Below are positions 61,016 to 64,000 of a stretch of DNA of 64,000 bases, in pieces. Position 1 is the first letter of the stretch, and every line of letters begins with the position of its first letter. The notes under the pieces were generated by a model, which worked only from the letters and a program-made list of their open reading frames with translations, was not told where the DNA came from and did not search any database. Made by a program: the position numbers and the translations under genes. Where the stretch lies: positions 489,751 to 553,750 of the forward strand of contig NW_003314339.1 of assembly GCF_000143415.4 (NCBI RefSeq). Reading direction: 5' to 3'. Source of the stretch: Selaginella moellendorffii. Lineage: Eukaryota; Plantae; Lycopodiophyta.

Positions 61016-64000
61016 AAAAAATGGTACAAGTCAATTTTACCATCTACAATATTAGCGAATGGTGCTCCCGATGGTCGTTGAGAGGGTTTTGGTTGAGGAA
61101 ACGTGAAGGGCAGAAATACTCTCCTCTGCAATGTGGGGTCAATCGCATCCGATGGCGTGTGGGCACATGCCATTTCAGCTGTAGACTCTGGTACAACTGG
61201 CTCAACAGTGGCATGGGGTGGTTCTGATGGTGTGTGATCACATGCCATTTCAGCTGGTGCCTCCGTTGGCAAAGTGGACATGACCGAACAGGCAGTAGGG
61301 GCGGTGTAGGGAGGTTCCAATGGCACGTAGTCAGACGATTGGGCACACGTTGAGTCCGTTGGAAATGAGGATACGACCGGCTCGGCGGCTGGGGCGGCCT
61401 CATGCGGGTCCAATGGCGCCTGGTCACCGTCAGTTGGATACGTGGACAAGATTGACTCAGTGGTATGGGCAGCATCAAGTGGAGCGTGGTCAGCTTGCTT
61501 GGCGTTGATATGGATAGTAGCCTCCACCAGCTTTGATGACTCTTGCAGGCAAGTAGAGTCCACTGGCGGATCCATATGCATGTCCAAATATCTCCCTTCG
61601 ATTGAGATGGTATCCTCCCTACTGGCTACTAAAAACAAACTCATTAGCACATTGAATCGACTATACTGTATTTACCATCAACTGCTATTGAGGAACTAGG
61701 ACCGATATCACTTGGGCGCACTGCTGATTCTGAAGGATTGGACATACGTTTCGACCCTTGCTTGGCACTATCCTTCCTCGACACTAAAGGCTAGAGTTTG
61801 TATCTTAATTCAACTGAATAATCTCTACTTACCATTTGCTTTGCGACCTACATGGACAATGTTAGAAATGGTAAAAGGTTAGGAATGGATGTACTATTAT
61901 TTACCTGATGGTTTGTCTTGTATGACCTTCCTCCACTGCTCTTTGGCCACCTCAGGCTGGCCATCGTCGTCATCATCGTCGTCGTCGTTATTGTGATCGT
62001 CACCATTGTGAGGACCATCCAAGTCCTCTTCGTCCTCCTCTTCTTCGTCCTCCTCTTCTTCGTCCTCCTTTTCTTTGTCCTCCTCTTCATCCTTCTGCTC
62101 TTCCTGCTCATTATCTTTCTCTGGCTCCTCATCCCCCTCCTGCATTTCTTCCATAGGCTGCTCAGGCTGGATGGCTTGTTCTTCCAGGACCATCTTGGGA
62201 AAATCATCTGGTCGAGTCTCCATCTCAAAATACAAGACATCCATAGCATGTTTTAGTGCGTGACCTAGGACCATATCCTCACCCGACTATCTTAACATGG
62301 TTTCTGCACGTTCTTGCACCCTTCGAAGACGACGAGATGAGAAAAACGTGGCCCTGACTTGAAAAGCATCCCTCATCCATTGTACCTCTCCATTGAGATT
62401 GGGGAAGGGGAGTCCGCCATAGGAATCTGAGTCAGGAGGTGGTGATTGGCTGCTTTCATTCAGCCCTTGATCTGCAATGAATGGCATGAGCACACACGCC
62501 ATAACGGCGAGGCATTACCTCCTTTTCGAATCAAACGCCTCTGATCCCGACGACTGTCCAACGTGCTTTCGCTTTTTATGACCACTGTCAGTTTGAGCTT
62601 GGTTGGTGCTTGCCTGTTTTGCCTTTGAAGAAGTGTCTCCTGCAAGGAATGGCATGAGACCACACGCCATTGCAAATATAATTTGTACCTCCTTTTTTCC
62701 TATTGCTTGTCTGTTTGTCCTTCTTCGACGCGCCACCAGTGCGCGTTTCAGTCCTCGTGTCTGAATATTCACAATGATCTATAATCAATATGGCATGAGG
62801 CCTCACGTGACCTTACCTTGTGCAGGTTGTGAGCTCGGCCCAACAGTAGCTGTTAACGCCATTTCAGCATCTGGGGGTGGCCACGCTCTTGCATACAGAG
62901 CTTGTGAGATAACATTTAAACTTAAAGTGCGTACTCACTAGGTTCGCAGAGAACATACTGTTTTTCTTTGGCAACTGTAATTATATGCTTCATTGAAGTC
63001 ACCTCTTCAATGGAGTTTGTCACCGCAACACACGGGACACCCTTGAGTAGTGCGGCTCGAAAGAATAGTCCGCCGCAGTTGTACTCGACAACGCATTTGC
63101 CCTTGGAGTCGGAAGCAGGTGCTATTGCGTTGAAGACCCAGCTGAGCATTTCCCATGCTACACCTGGAGCTTTCTCTGGATTCGAAAGCTCCATAGCCGT
63201 CTTCAGTTCCTCAGGCACGGGTAAATTGACCTCCCTCAGATCAATTCGATCGGCCTTGTCGAACGAAGCTGGGAAGTCACTCCAGTCCCACTCTGCTGCA
63301 GGACCAATAACAAGGGCGAGTGTGAAGATGCGGACATTCGTCGGTATCTTCTTCTTAGCCATTATCCCATGGATCTCCTACATCTCCTTGCCTTTCAACC
63401 GAGCCTTCACCTCGTTCAAGGCCTTCCAGAACTTGTGATAGGATTCGGAGTCGTAGATCATATAGTGGACTGAAGATTCCACCTCCACAAGTCCCACCAT
63501 TAAGTCAATGATGGAGCTGACTTCGTCGGCATGAGTGATCTCCTCATTTGTGAAGTCCATCACACAAAAGATGTTCTTGACCTGCTCATCTCCGCGGGAA
63601 ACGATGCTCCTCCACCTTTGATCCTCATCCGAATTCACGTATACCCGGTAAGGTTCTCGATAGGCCTCTGCTGCGGGGTCGAGCTGTTTCTGAAGCCGGC
63701 GGTCGACATCCCTCTTAATGAAATTTGGATACTGATCCAACTTCTCAGCTTTACTTTTCGTGGCATCCCGCAGCAGATCGATGAACTTGGGGGCCCCCTT
63801 CACGTAGTCGTCGATGTCTTCATTTGACAACTCCAGCTCTTCCATCATCTCTTGCGTGGTGTCGATGCTCACCCTCTCCACGGCCACTTGCTCGAAGATC
63901 CAATCCTTCAATAGCGCACGAGCTCTCAGAGTCGTGCACAAGTCCTCGTATGTCACAATATGGCTGGGAGTCATTTTGGTCTTGTTGAAGACTACCTCAC
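61016..64000 (-). pseudogene. Accessory gene of the second Sola-like copy (MTase-like segment and acidic region)
   Basis: Translations at 62922-63974 are identical to the corresponding part of 52154-53491, including the same TAG. Confidence 0.6.

Larger units (their letters stand above)
59690..64000 (+). mobile_element. Second, inverted copy of the Sola-like element (right end; continues beyond the window)
   Basis: Starts with TIR GCTCTATTTTGTTAAAGTGGGA; near-identical reverse complement of 52413-56313. Confidence 0.95.

Overview
This is eukaryotic, almost certainly land-plant, repetitive DNA: TTTAGGG repeats, short GT-AG introns, tRNA-Met PBS motifs and frequent CG/CHG C>T decay. It is built almost entirely of nested transposons, and I can recognise no host gene. 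Main components: (1) about ten LTR copies of one apparently non-coding LTR-retrotransposon family ('LTR-A', with GAGATGGAGTCC/GAGACC/GAGTCC arrays), including a complete 7.5-kb element and a solo LTR with TSDs; (2) a very young 4.9-kb Ty3/gypsy element with one gag-pol ORF, plus older gypsy remnants; (3) an 8.9-kb Mutator-like DNA transposon (3109-12048); (4) a ~10.9-kb Sola-like DNA transposon (39670-56313, excluding a nested insertion), with a second inverted copy starting at 59690; (5) two insertions of one L1/Tx1-like LINE, both at CCGAA sites near the start of LTR-A copies. The most striking observation is that the two DNA transposons, which have unrelated transposases, share one layout: a leftward transposase, a 155-192 bp near-perfect hairpin upstream of it, many element-specific palindromes, and a divergent spliced accessory gene. 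In the MULE that gene encodes a ParB/Srx-like domain fused to a bacterial-type beta-class N4C/N6A DNA-methyltransferase-like domain. In the Sola-like element it has a more degenerate MTase-like segment followed by an FCP1/NIF-like HAD phosphatase. This is a candidate transposon-encoded chromatin or self-recognition system. All protein assignments come from motif recognition by eye, not from database searches.
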